A stretch of DNA of 64,000 bases from Candidatus Latescibacterota bacterium (GTDB lineage: Bacteria; Latescibacterota; UBA2968; UBA8231): the NCBI GenBank assembly GCA_965221775.1, contig CBDCSU010000006.1:1824001-1888000 (forward strand). Direction: 5' to 3'. Under the pieces are notes generated by a model that was given only the letters and a program-made list of their open reading frames with translations, was not told the DNA's origin and searched no databases. A program made the position numbers and the translations under genes. This document shows, piece after piece, positions 1 through 9,775 of this stretch. The stretch's first letter is position 1, and every line of letters starts with the position of its first letter.

Positions 1-1886
1 TGGCACGGGTGCAGCGGGCGCGAGAGCACCTGGAGCGACTGCATTCTTGGGTTCCCGAAGGGCGATGTTCACTGGCCTCGATGGCAGACGCGGCCGCCGG
101 CTTCCTGAAAGCCCGAACTCCGGCCGGCCGGGGAGCGGGAAGCGACAGGGACACCCGCGCCGGTGAGGTGCTGGAAGCCCGCCTGCTCGAGGTCTCCAGA
201 GGACCGGAGCTCACCGGCACCCCGGCTGAACAGGCGAGCCGGCTGCTGGACGCGGTGGGGGGCATGAATGTGGATGCACAGCGAGCCAGTCCGGGCCGCC
301 TGCATGTGGCGCCCCTCGATGGTGCCGGTTACACCTTTCGCCGGCACCTGTACGTCATAGGCCTCGACGAGGCCCACTTCCCCGGTGTCGGCGCCCCGGA
401 CCCGATATTGCCGGAGGAGTCGCGGCGGGCCCTCGGGCTGCGCTCGGAGCGCTCGCGGCCGGGAGATGCGGTCTTCCAGCTGGTACGTCTGCTAGGCGCT
501 GCCGCGGGCGAGGTGACGCTGGTGGCCAGCTCCCTGCATCTGGCCGATGGCCGTGAGCCCTACCCGACACCCCTTTTCGAGCTGGCCAGGGACCAGCTCG
601 GCATCGAGCCGTTTTGGAGGCGGCCGTTGCCGTCGGAGCCGGAAGGCGCCGCCGACGACTTCGAGATCGTCCTGAGCCATCGGGGGTGGCCGGGGTACCG
701 CGAGGCGGTCGCCGCCTCGTACTGCGATGCGGAGCGCGGCGCACGGGTCCAGGATGCGAGGGCGGCCAGCGTGCCCAGCCGCTTCGATGGCTGGACCGCC
801 GCTCCGGGGGAGCAGGCCCTCGACCTCGAGGGGGAGCGGACTCTGTCGAGCCGCATGCTGGAGACCCTGGCGGCCTGTCCCCGCCGCTACCTGTGGCAGG
901 ACGTGCTGGGCGTGCGCGCCCTGGAGGAGCCCGAGCGGGACTCGCGCCGATGGCTGCAGCCTCTCGAGATGGGCTCGCTGCTCCACGATCTCTTCCTGAC
1001 CTACATGCAGAGACTCGGCGAGCGCGGGGATCGTCCCTCGGCGGCTCACGAGTCCGAGTTGGAGGAGCTTGCGGCCGCGGCGATCGCCAGGTGGGGCGAG
1101 CGGATCCCGGCGCCGCTGGAGGCGGCCTTCCGCAACGACTGCCGAAGGATCGAGCGCGCCTGCCGCGTCTTCCTGTTCGCCGAGGCGCAGCGCATGGAAC
1201 AGGATCCGGCGATCACGCCCCGCCGCCTGGAGTGGGACTTCGGCGCCGCGGAGGGTGTGGAAGTCCTCCTGTCCCCCCAGGTCGCGTTCCGCCTGCGGGG
1301 GCGCATCGACAGGGTCGACCAGATCGAAGGCAGCGACGACTACGAGGTCTGGGACTACAAGACGGGCAGCACCTGGGGGTATGACTCGTCGGACTTGCTG
1401 GCCGGAGGCCGCAATCTGCAGTGGGCCCTGTACTCCCACGCCCTCCCGCGGCTGCTCGGGAGCGGGAAGGTCCGGCGCGCCGGTTACTTCTTCCCCTCGG
1501 ACCGGGGCTCCGGCCAGCGTTTCGCGCAAGAGCCCCCCGCCGCGGATCTGCTGGCCGGAGTCCTTCAACCTCTCTTCGGGCTGGCCAGGGAGGGGTTCTT
1601 CCCGGCCCTGCACAAGGGGGACGACAACGGCGGCGGCCCTTGCCGCTTCTGCGACTACCGCCGCATCTGCGCCGACGAGGCCCGAGGCGGGCACCACGTC
1701 GACGAAATGACCGAGGCGGCGGCGCACGCCGCGGCATTGGTCGAGGGCTGGGCGGAAGCCGCCGCGGCCGGCCGCGAGCAGTCCCGCCGGGCCCTCGAGG
1801 CGCAACTGGCCACCCTCGGTCTGGAGCCCGCCGATGCCGTTCCGTCCGAGGCCGTCGCCTTGGCCGCGGAGTGGATGAAGGGATGA
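1..1886 (+). CDS. addB: AddB-like ATP-dependent helicase/nuclease subunit B (PD-(D/E)XK nuclease with Fe-S staple); 5' end lies outside the window
   Basis: LSSRMLETLAACPRRY, RGRIDRVD, VWDYKTG nuclease motifs, C-terminal CRFCDYRRIC (4-Cys Fe-S set); stop overlaps the addA start (ATGA). Confidence 0.8.
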   Translation, partial: ARVQRAREHLERLHSWVPEGRCSLASMADAAAGFLKARTPAGRGAGSDRDTRAGEVLEARLLEVSRGPELTGTPAEQASRLLDAVGGMNVDAQRASPGRLHVAPLDGAGYTFRRHLYVIGLDEAHFPGVGAPDPILPEESRRALGLRSERSRPGDAVFQLVRLLGAAAGEVTLVASSLHLADGREPYPTPLFELARDQLGIEPFWRRPLPSEPEGAADDFEIVLSHRGWPGYREAVAASYCDAERGARVQDARAASVPSRFDGWTAAPGEQALDLEGERTLSSRMLETLAACPRRYLWQDVLGVRALEEPERDSRRWLQPLEMGSLLHDLFLTYMQRLGERGDRPSAAHESELEELAAAAIARWGERIPAPLEAAFRNDCRRIERACRVFLFAEAQRMEQDPAITPRRLEWDFGAAEGVEVLLSPQVAFRLRGRIDRVDQIEGSDDYEVWDYKTGSTWGYDSSDLLAGGRNLQWALYSHALPRLLGSGKVRRAGYFFPSDRGSGQRFAQEPPAADLLAGVLQPLFGLAREGFFPALHKGDDNGGGPCRFCDYRRICADEARGGHHVDEMTEAAAHAAALVEGWAEAAAAGREQSRRALEAQLATLGLEPADAVPSEAVALAAEWMKG

Positions 1887-4800
1887 CGGCCGCCCTGCGC
1901 CAGGACCACGAGGCCCGACGCCGCATCCGCGAGGACCTCGATGTCAATCTGATGTGCGAGGCGAGCGCGGGCACAGGCAAGACCCGGGCCCTGGTAGAGC
2001 GGATGGTGGAGACCGTGGCCTCCGGGGCGGCGGAGATCGATCAGATGGCGGCCATCACCTTCACGCGGAAGGCGGCCGGGGAGATGCGGAGCCGGTTCCT
2101 CGGGGCCCTGCGGGACCAGGCCGAGGAGGAGGCGCGCCTAAACTCGGGACGAGCGCGGCGTCTGCGGCAAGCCGTGCAGCGGGTGGACCAGTGTGCCATC
2201 GGCACCATTCACGCCTTCTGCGCCCGCCTCCTGCGCGAGCGTCCTTTCGAGGCGGGGCTGCCGCCGGACTTCCGCGAGGTGGAAGAGCGCGACGAGGTGT
2301 GGCTGGCACGTGAGGCCTGGGACCGTTTCCTGCAGGAGAGGTCGGCGGTAGGCGACGAGCGGCTGCTGGCCATGGAGGAGACGGGGCTCACGGCCGAGCA
2401 GTTCTACGGCTTCTACCGGCAGCGCTGCCAGTTCAGCGATCTGGCGCTGAAACCGACCCAGGGGCCCCGTCCGGACCTGGCGCCGGCGGTGGCGAGGGCG
2501 TGCGAGCTGGTTCGCGAGATCGAGGCGGGGATTCCCGACCCGCTGCCGGAGGGCCGGCCGGACAACCTGATGGCGACGGCGCGACGCCTGCGCCACTTCG
2601 TCGACTTCGCCGGCCCGCCGAGCGATGCGGACCGCGAGCGGCTGCTGCGCTCCCTGGCCTCGTCCAGGCAGACTTCGGTGACTCTGAAGTGCTGGGGGCC
2701 GAAGGGCAGTCCGGAGCAGGCGCTGGCGCGGCGCTTCCGCGACGAGGAGTTGCCAGCCTTCCGCGATGGCGTCCTGAAGCCCTTGCTGAGAGAGTGGCGC
2801 CAGCACGTGTACCGCCTGACCGGCGATCTGGTGGACGAGGCCATGGGGTTCTACCGCCGGTCCCGCCTGGAGGGGGCGGCGCTGACCTTCAACGACCTGC
2901 TGGAGCTGACCGAGTCGCTGCTGCGAGACTCGCCCGGTGCCCGGGTGGTCCTGCAGAGGCGGTACCGGCGTCTCTTCGTCGACGAGTTCCAGGACACCGA
3001 TCCGCTGCAGGCGGCGATTCTCCTCTACCTGACCGCGGACGACCACGGAGAGGGCGACTGGCGGCGGCTGACCCCGGCGCCGGGCCGGCTGTTCCTGGTC
3101 GGGGACGAGAAGCAGGCCATCTACCGCTTCCGGCGCGCCGATCTCGAGGTCTACCGCCTGGTCCGCGACCAGGTCTCCAACTCCGGTGGCGATGTCGTGG
3201 AGTTGACCACCAGCTTCCGGTCGCGGCCCGGACTCGTGGGGTGGTTGAACGATGCCTTCGAGCCCCAGTTCGAGAGTCACGACGCCCGCTACCAGGCGGC
3301 GTATCGCCCCCTGGCGCCGGAGCTTCCCGAGAAGCGGGGGGCTGGCGTCTATCGGTTGAGAGGGCGGGCGGGGGAAGGCAGCCGCCAGGAGCAGGCGCGA
3401 GAGGAGGCGGATCGCATCGCCGTGTTCATCGCCGCCGCCCTGAGGGGCGGCACCGACCTGAACGGCGTGGACAAGGTTCTCGGGGAGACCGCCGGCCCCG
3501 GCGACTTCATGGTCCTGACCCGCACCCGCCGGTACCTGTCCGAGTACTCCCGAGCCCTGGAGGAGCAAGGAGTCCCTTACGACGTCACGGGTGCCGGATC
3601 CCTGCGCTCATCCGGAGAGCTGCGCGCCCTTGTGGATGCCCTGGAGGCCGTCCTGCGGCCGGATGACCCGGTGGCCCTGATCGCCTGCCTGCGCGGCCTC
3701 CTCTACGGGTTCGGCGACGACGATCTCTACCGCCTGCGGAAAGCGGGATGGCGATTCCGCATCACCGAGGAGGGGCCCGAGGGTTTGGAGGCCCCTCTGC
3801 ACGAGCGCCTCGACGGCGCCCTCCGGGGCCTGCGCCAACTGCGCCGTGACCTGGACCGGCGAACGGCTGCCGCCGCCCTCGAGCGCTTCGTCGAAGGCTC
3901 GGGCCTGGCCGCGGCGGCCGCCGGCCGTTCGGCGGGTTCTTCCCGGGTCGGCAATCTGCTGAGGGTGCTGTCGATGGTGCGCGAGTGGCAGGGCCGCCAC
4001 GGCCTCGACTGGGCGCGCGTCGCCTCCTGCCTGCGGGATCTGCTCGAAGAGGACGAGCTGAGGGTTGAGGAGATGACCCTCGAGACGGGGCGCCCCGACG
4101 TGGTCCGGGTGATGAACCTGCACCAGGCCAAGGGTCTCGAGGCGAAAGTAGTGTTCCTGGCCGATCCCGCCGATCAATCGGCGGCGCGGCAGGCGGTGGA
4201 CACCCACGTGTCCCGCTTGGGCGAGTCACCGTACCTGTCGATGGCGGTCACCATGGGCGGCCGCTTTCGGCCAGTGGTGCTGGCCGAGCCCGCCGGGTGG
4301 GAGCAGGACCAGGCCGAGGAGGAGCGGTTCGCCGCCGCCGAGGAGTTGCGCCTCGTCTATGTCGCCGCTACCAGGGCCAGCGACGTCCTTGTGGTCTCCT
4401 TGTCTGCGCACCGGAGGGGTGGGCCCTGGTCGGCGCTGGACCACAAGTTGAGCGGGGCGCCGGAACTGCCCCTTCCCGCCGCGGACACTCCCGCCCCGGC
4501 GCCGCGGGATTCGGCTCCCGCGGCCGCCTTTGCGGCGCTTTGCCGGGAGCGGGTGCGGTCACTCGAGGCGGCGGCCGTGCCCTCCTATTCCCAGAGGGTG
4601 GTAACCGAGGAGGAGGAACTGGCGGCGAGCGAGGCGGATCCGGAGACCCTTGGCCGGGGGCGGAACTACGGGACCGCGGTCCACCGGCTGCTGGAGAGTC
4701 TGGTGACCCACCGGCTCGAAGGGCTGGACGATGCCGGCCGCCGCGCCTTCGTCCGTGGTGTTCTGGTGGAGGAGGGCCTGGACCCCGAAGTCCTGGAGCA

Positions 4801-5152
4801 GCCGGCCATGACCGCGATCGACCGCTTCCGGAAGTCTGAGCTCTGGGGCGAACTGCGGGCGGCCGGCGACGAGGTGCATGCCGAGGTGCCTTTCGGAGAA
4901 GCCCGCGGCGAGGGGGTGCGCCGGGGGGTGATCGATCTGGTGTACCGCGTCGGGCAAGGCGCGTGGAAGGTGGTCGACTACAAGACTCACAGTGGCGAGG
5001 GGGATCGGGCGATGGAGAGCCTGGCGGCGCGCTACGCGGACCAGGTGGCCGCCTATGCCGATCACTGGGAGAGGGCGAGCGGAGAACGAGTCACGGAGCG
5101 AGGCCTGTGGCTGGCCTCCTCCGACGGTGCGGATCGATACATCAGCCTGTAA
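1883..5152 (+). CDS. addA: AddA-like UvrD/SF1 helicase-nuclease subunit A
   Basis: Walker A ASAGTGKT, TFTRKAAGEM, VDEFQDTDP, VGDEKQAIYRFRRAD, LHQAKGLE, YVAATRA, C-terminal GVIDLV..VVDYKT nuclease; ATG 1883 overlaps the addB stop. Confidence 0.88.
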   Translation: MTAALRQDHEARRRIREDLDVNLMCEASAGTGKTRALVERMVETVASGAAEIDQMAAITFTRKAAGEMRSRFLGALRDQAEEEARLNSGRARRLRQAVQRVDQCAIGTIHAFCARLLRERPFEAGLPPDFREVEERDEVWLAREAWDRFLQERSAVGDERLLAMEETGLTAEQFYGFYRQRCQFSDLALKPTQGPRPDLAPAVARACELVREIEAGIPDPLPEGRPDNLMATARRLRHFVDFAGPPSDADRERLLRSLASSRQTSVTLKCWGPKGSPEQALARRFRDEELPAFRDGVLKPLLREWRQHVYRLTGDLVDEAMGFYRRSRLEGAALTFNDLLELTESLLRDSPGARVVLQRRYRRLFVDEFQDTDPLQAAILLYLTADDHGEGDWRRLTPAPGRLFLVGDEKQAIYRFRRADLEVYRLVRDQVSNSGGDVVELTTSFRSRPGLVGWLNDAFEPQFESHDARYQAAYRPLAPELPEKRGAGVYRLRGRAGEGSRQEQAREEADRIAVFIAAALRGGTDLNGVDKVLGETAGPGDFMVLTRTRRYLSEYSRALEEQGVPYDVTGAGSLRSSGELRALVDALEAVLRPDDPVALIACLRGLLYGFGDDDLYRLRKAGWRFRITEEGPEGLEAPLHERLDGALRGLRQLRRDLDRRTAAAALERFVEGSGLAAAAAGRSAGSSRVGNLLRVLSMVREWQGRHGLDWARVASCLRDLLEEDELRVEEMTLETGRPDVVRVMNLHQAKGLEAKVVFLADPADQSAARQAVDTHVSRLGESPYLSMAVTMGGRFRPVVLAEPAGWEQDQAEEERFAAAEELRLVYVAATRASDVLVVSLSAHRRGGPWSALDHKLSGAPELPLPAADTPAPAPRDSAPAAAFAALCRERVRSLEAAAVPSYSQRVVTEEEELAASEADPETLGRGRNYGTAVHRLLESLVTHRLEGLDDAGRRAFVRGVLVEEGLDPEVLEQPAMTAIDRFRKSELWGELRAAGDEVHAEVPFGEARGEGVRRGVIDLVYRVGQGAWKVVDYKTHSGEGDRAMESLAARYADQVAAYADHWERASGERVTERGLWLASSDGADRYISL

Positions 5153-5226
5153 CGGCCTTCGTTGCCGGGATCTGGGCCCCGCTCTAAGTTGACTCAACCC
5201 CCCTTGCTCGCCTTTCGAGGATCGCC

Positions 5227-6327
5227 ATGAGCCCACCGGCCACGACCTACTCCGATTCCGGCGTGGAGACCGGGGCGGCGGACATGGCCCTTGCCCGGCT
5301 CGTCGCCCATGTCAGCCGCCCCCGGCACCGCCGGGAGGATGGTTCCCGCGCCGGCGAGAGCCTCGTGGAGAGTGGTCTCTACGCCTCGGTTCTCGCCCTG
5401 CATGACCGCCGCGGACTGGCGCTCACCACGGATGGCGTGGGTACCAAGGTCCTGGTGGCCGAGATGGTGGGCCGGTACGACAGCATCGGCATCGACTGCG
5501 TGGCCATGAACGTCAACGATCTCGTGTGCGTGGGCGCCGAGCCCCTGGCCATGCTCGACTACTTGGCCGTGCAGAAGACCGATGCCGATGTCTTCGACCA
5601 GATCGGACAGGGTCTGGCCGCCGGCGCCGAGATGGCCAACATCTCAATCCCCGGGGGCGAGGTGTCGCAGATGAAGGAGATCATCCGCGGCCTCGAAGAA
5701 GGCGAGGGAGTCGATCTCGTCGGCGCCGCCGCCGGCCTGGTCGATCTCGATCGACTGGTGGTGGGGGAGGGCATCGAAGACGGAGATGCCGTCGTCGGCC
5801 TCGTGAGCAACGGGCTCCACTCCAACGGCTATTCCCTCGCTCGACGCGTCCTCTTCGGGACGCTCGGGCTGGATGTCGACGACCACGTACCCGAGTTCGG
5901 CCACACCGTCGCCGAGGAGTTGCTGCGGCCCACCGCGATCTATGTTCGACCGGCGATGGCCATGCTGCGGGCTGGTCTGCGGGTCCGGGCCTTCAGCCAC
6001 TTGACCTCCGGGGGCTTCCTGAACCTGCTGCGCATCCGCAGCCAGACCGGCTTCGTCCTCCACACCCTGCCCGATCCCCAGCCCGTCTTCGACCTCATCC
6101 GGCGCGCCGGCCCCGTGGCCGACGTGGAGATGCACCGAGTCTTCAACATGGGCATCGGCTTTGGGGTCGTGGTGCCCGAGTCCGAGGCCGATGCCGTTCG
6201 CCGGATCGCCTCGGAGCACGGGTTCGAGAGCCTCGTCCTCGGACATGGCAGTTCCCGGCACGCCGGACGGGTCCTCCTCGAGCCTCGGGGGCTGGTCGGC
6301 GAGGGCGACCATTTCCGCCCCCTCTGA
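5227..6327 (+). CDS. purM: Phosphoribosylformylglycinamidine cyclo-ligase (AIR synthase)
   Basis: TYSDSGV, TDGVGTK, DCVAMNVND, GGE, SNGLHSNGYSLAR, FNMGIG motifs; GAGG RBS. Confidence 0.93.
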   Translation: MSPPATTYSDSGVETGAADMALARLVAHVSRPRHRREDGSRAGESLVESGLYASVLALHDRRGLALTTDGVGTKVLVAEMVGRYDSIGIDCVAMNVNDLVCVGAEPLAMLDYLAVQKTDADVFDQIGQGLAAGAEMANISIPGGEVSQMKEIIRGLEEGEGVDLVGAAAGLVDLDRLVVGEGIEDGDAVVGLVSNGLHSNGYSLARRVLFGTLGLDVDDHVPEFGHTVAEELLRPTAIYVRPAMAMLRAGLRVRAFSHLTSGGFLNLLRIRSQTGFVLHTLPDPQPVFDLIRRAGPVADVEMHRVFNMGIGFGVVVPESEADAVRRIASEHGFESLVLGHGSSRHAGRVLLEPRGLVGEGDHFRPL

Positions 6328-6345
6328 GGCCGGCCTCCGACCGAA

Positions 6346-7224
6346 GTGTTCAAGACCGTACATCAGACCGTGTGGGCCTTCGACGCCGAGTGGGTGCCGG
6401 ATGCCGACACCGGAAGGCGGGTGTACGGGCTGTCCTCCGACTGGACCGAAGAGGAGGTCGTGGCCGAGATGTACCAGCGGGGCGGGGCAACGGACGAGGA
6501 ACCGCGGCCCTATCTCAAGACGGTCATGTGCCGCCTGGTCTCGCTGTCGGCGGTGGCCCGCACCGAGGAGGAGGGCGGAGCGGTGCGCCTGCAGCTGCGT
6601 TCCCTGCCCGCGACCACGGAGCCAGGTGCGCCCGAAGCGTCGGAGCCCGACATCCTCCGGCGCTTTCTGGACGGAGTCGGCCGAGCCAAGCCCCAGATGG
6701 TGGGCTACAACTCGGGTTCGGCGGACCTGCGCATTCTGGTTCAGCGAGGGGTGGTTCACGGCATCCGGGCCGCCGCCTTTGCCGAGCGTCCCGACAAGCC
6801 CTGGGAGGGTGTCGACTACTTCGCGGGTGGAGACTGGCACGTCGACCTGATCGAGATCCTCGGTGGTTGGGGCCGAGGTCGACCGTCTCTTCACGAGATG
6901 GCGTCGGCCTGCGGCATTCCCGGCAAGTTCTCGGGTGCGGGGGACAGCGTTCAGGATTTGTGGACGAGGGGAGAACTGGGGGCAATCATCGCCTACAACG
7001 AGTTCGACGCCTTGACGACGTACCTGCTGTGGCTCCGGGTGGCCCACTTCGGTGGATTCTACGACTCCGGGCAGTACCGGGAGGAGGAGAACCGCTTACG
7101 CGACCTGCTCGAGCGTGAATCGGCCCGGGAAGGCAGGGAACACCTGGCCGAGTATCTCAAGGAATGGAACCGCACCCGTCGTCCGGTGATTGCCGCGAGG
7201 ACCCAGCTGAATCTCGGCTTGTGA
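6346..7224 (+). CDS. Predicted 3'-5' exonuclease related to the PolB exonuclease domain (DEDD)
   Basis: FDAEW (ExoI), GYNSGSADL (ExoII), YNEFDA (ExoIII) pattern; HVDLIEIL and SLHEMASACGIPGK segments typical of the family. Confidence 0.75.
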   Translation: MFKTVHQTVWAFDAEWVPDADTGRRVYGLSSDWTEEEVVAEMYQRGGATDEEPRPYLKTVMCRLVSLSAVARTEEEGGAVRLQLRSLPATTEPGAPEASEPDILRRFLDGVGRAKPQMVGYNSGSADLRILVQRGVVHGIRAAAFAERPDKPWEGVDYFAGGDWHVDLIEILGGWGRGRPSLHEMASACGIPGKFSGAGDSVQDLWTRGELGAIIAYNEFDALTTYLLWLRVAHFGGFYDSGQYREEENRLRDLLERESAREGREHLAEYLKEWNRTRRPVIAARTQLNLGL

Positions 7225-7266
7225 AGCGGAGGGCGGGACCAGGCACTCCGAGTGGCCGAGGGGGTG

Positions 7267-7294
7267 GTGCCAAGGCGGCCAACCTCGCTATAAT
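7267..7294 (+). promoter_or_regulatory. Candidate sigma70 promoter for the fic gene
   Basis: Perfect TATAAT at 7289-7294 in a GC-rich context, weak -35 GTGCCA at 7267-7272, about 55 nt upstream of the fic start. Confidence 0.45.
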
Positions 7295-7349
7295 ATCGAT
7301 GTACGCGCTTCCACGATAAAATCTTCAGGATTTCAGCCCGAGGGGTCTG

Positions 7350-8501
7350 GTGAAAGCGGTCGCTCGGTCGGGGATGTCCCAGGCAGCCGTCAAGGCCTTC
7401 GAACCGCCGACCCTGCCCCCTCCCGGACTGCGGCTCGACGGAGCCACCCACCGCGCCCTGTCCGAAGCCGACCGGGCCCTCGGCTTTTTGTACGGCCAGA
7501 TCGCGGCTCGTGAGACGGCCGGCGATCTGATCGGCATGGCCAGCCGGCGCGAGGCGGTCGCCTCCTGCCGGCTGGACGGCAGCCGGATCACGCTTCGAGA
7601 CCTGCTCTGGTGGGAGATGGACGGGGGCAAGGCCGATCGGCTCGGTGTCCCCGGAGGGGAAGCCCGGATCTGCGCGAACTACGCGAAGGCACTTGGGAGC
7701 ATGCTCCCTGAGTCCAGCCCGGGGCAGGACGAGGCCGTGAGTCAGAAGGGCCTCTGCTCCCTGCACAAGGCCCTCTTCGCCCGGCTCCGTGGCCGCGATG
7801 ACCGACCCGGCGAGTTCCGAAAAACCCTCATCTGGCTGGGCCCGGCAGGGAGCACCGCGGCGACGGCCCACTTCGTGCCTCCGCTGCCGCAGCGAATTCC
7901 GGAGCACATGGATCGGCTCAAGGCCTTTTGGAAGGGGGACGTGCCACTGCCGCCACTGGCCAGGATTGCGCTGGTCTTTCTGCAGCTGGAGTCCCTTCAC
8001 CCTTTTGTCGACGGCAGCGGCCGGGTCAGCCGCCTGTGCCTGTTGCGGATGCTGCAGAGCACCCACGGACCCTGGCCGCCGCTGCTCACTCCTTCGGAGG
8101 GGATGGCCGCCGACATCGGCGAGCACTTCCGACAGCAGCAGCGGGCGCGGATTCAGGGGGACTGGGAGGGCTGGGTCCGCTACTTTGCGCGGCGGCTGGA
8201 AGAGGCGGCCGAAGCGGCCGTGGGCCGCCTGGAGCGGATGGACGCGGAACTCCGGGAGCACGAGGAGCGTATCGGCCAGCACATGGCCGGACTGAGGCAG
8301 ACGGCGGGGGCGCTTCTGAGGGAGCTGGTCTCCAAGCCTCTCATCACGGTGTCCGACGTGGCCCGCATCTGCGACCGAACGTTTGCCAACGCCAATCTTC
8401 TGGTCGGCCGGCTGGAGGAGCTTGGTCTCCTGAAGGAAATCACGGGCCGCCGGCGGAACCGGCGGTTTCTATATACCCCCTACGGGGAGGAGGGGCTATA
8501 G
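7350..8501 (+). CDS. Fic family protein (N-terminal Fic_N region, Fic domain, C-terminal HTH-like region)
   Basis: RPGEFRK, HPFVDGSGRVSR (Fic motif variant), GDWEGWVRYF, C-terminal LKEITGRRRNRRF. Confidence 0.85.
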   Translation: MKAVARSGMSQAAVKAFEPPTLPPPGLRLDGATHRALSEADRALGFLYGQIAARETAGDLIGMASRREAVASCRLDGSRITLRDLLWWEMDGGKADRLGVPGGEARICANYAKALGSMLPESSPGQDEAVSQKGLCSLHKALFARLRGRDDRPGEFRKTLIWLGPAGSTAATAHFVPPLPQRIPEHMDRLKAFWKGDVPLPPLARIALVFLQLESLHPFVDGSGRVSRLCLLRMLQSTHGPWPPLLTPSEGMAADIGEHFRQQQRARIQGDWEGWVRYFARRLEEAAEAAVGRLERMDAELREHEERIGQHMAGLRQTAGALLRELVSKPLITVSDVARICDRTFANANLLVGRLEELGLLKEITGRRRNRRFLYTPYGEEGL

Positions 8502-8836
8502 CGGTTTTATTGTCGTTCCACCGAACCATTCAATAAATAGACAGAGGGCGGTTCTCAAGGGCTCTTGGAGGCTTGCGGGAGGCCCCTGCTCTCGATCCCG
8601 GCGCGCAGCCGGGGAGGGCTGACCAGCCAGCTGCGGGGGGCGGCGGCAACGGGTTCTGGCGTGCCCGGGCGGGGGAGGCGAGAGCCCATGTGGATGGGTC
8701 TCGCCCGACGGGGCCCGGTCACCTGCGGCGGGGTGATTTTTCAGGTGGCCGAGCCTGTCAGAAAGCGTTACCTTCTCGGGTCACGCCCAATCTTCCTTCC
8801 CCCCCCACGGCACGCGGCCAAGGAGTGATTGCCCAA

Positions 8837-9688
8837 GTGAACTACGAAAGCTGGACGGACGAGGATGTCAGTCTGCAGACGTATTTCAATGAGATCGCAA
8901 GTTCACAGCCGCTGTCCCGGGAGAAAGAGGCCGAGCTGGCCGAGCGCATCGCCGCCGGCGACGAGCGAGCTCGCGAAGAGCTCGCCGAGGCCAATCTCCT
9001 GTTCGTCGTCACCGTAGCCAAGCAGTATCGCAACCGCGGGCTGTCCTTTTCGGAGTTGATCAGCGCCGGCAACCTCGGGCTGATGACCGCCGTGGACAGG
9101 TTCGACGCCACGCGGGGTTACAAGTTCATCTCCTATGCGGTGTGGTGGATCCGTCAGGCCATCCAGCAGGCGCTGGCCGAGGACAGCCGCACCGTACGCC
9201 TTCCACTCAATCGCCTCAATCTCCTTCGGAAGATCGCCCGCACCGCCCAGCAACTCGGCAACGCCAACGAGGGGGAGCCCCACGACGAGGAGATCGCCGC
9301 GGCTCTGGAGTTGTCCATCACGGAGGTGCGGGACACCATGTTGAGTGGGCGGCGCGCCGTTTCACTCGACCGTGCCGTCTTCGATGAGGACGAGGACACG
9401 ACTCTGCTGAAGCGGCTGGCCGACCCGGCCCAGGAGCAGCCGGACGAGTGCATCACCCGGTCTTCCAGCCAGCAGCAGTTGGAGAAGGTCCTGGAGGGTC
9501 TCGACGAGCGCGAGCACGAGATCATCCAGCTCTACTTCGGCCTCGACGGCTCAGAGCCGATGACCCTCGAGCAGATCGGTGACCGCATGGGACTCACTCG
9601 GGAGCGTATCCGCCAACTCAAGGAGCGGGCCTTCTGCAAGCTGCGGCACCCGTCGCGCCACGAGGAGCTGCGGTCCCTCGAGGACTGA
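8837..9688 (+). CDS. RpoD/SigA-family (group 2-like) RNA polymerase sigma factor lacking region 1.1
   Basis: LQTYFNEI (region 1.2), ANLLFVVTVAKQY, FDATRGYKFISYAVWWIRQAI (region 2), TLEQIG..LTRERIRQL (region 4.2); AGGAG at 8821 precedes GTG 8837 (GTG 8825 is an alternative start). Confidence 0.9.
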   Translation: MNYESWTDEDVSLQTYFNEIASSQPLSREKEAELAERIAAGDERAREELAEANLLFVVTVAKQYRNRGLSFSELISAGNLGLMTAVDRFDATRGYKFISYAVWWIRQAIQQALAEDSRTVRLPLNRLNLLRKIARTAQQLGNANEGEPHDEEIAAALELSITEVRDTMLSGRRAVSLDRAVFDEDEDTTLLKRLADPAQEQPDECITRSSSQQQLEKVLEGLDEREHEIIQLYFGLDGSEPMTLEQIGDRMGLTRERIRQLKERAFCKLRHPSRHEELRSLED

Positions 9689-9706
9689 ACCAGCACTCGC
9701 CGAAAG

Positions 9707-9745
9707 GCAAAGGCGGCCTCCGCTCCGGGCGGGGGCCGCCTTTGC
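9707..9745. terminator. Intrinsic (probably bidirectional) terminator hairpin
   Basis: 17-bp stem gcaaaggcggcctccgc / gcgggggccgcctttgc with a 5-nt loop, between convergent genes. Confidence 0.75.
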
Positions 9746-9775
9746 ATGTACGGACGGACGGATGCGCTGGCCGGT

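Noticed and set aside
1-16. TGGCACG at the window start resembling a sigma54 -24 box
   Set aside because: No TTGC at the required spacing, and it lies inside the addB coding region.
1-5152. Helicase plus Fe-S PD-(D/E)XK nuclease as a Cas4/Cas3 or defence system
   Set aside because: Motifs and order match housekeeping AddAB; I saw no CRISPR array or other cas genes in the window.
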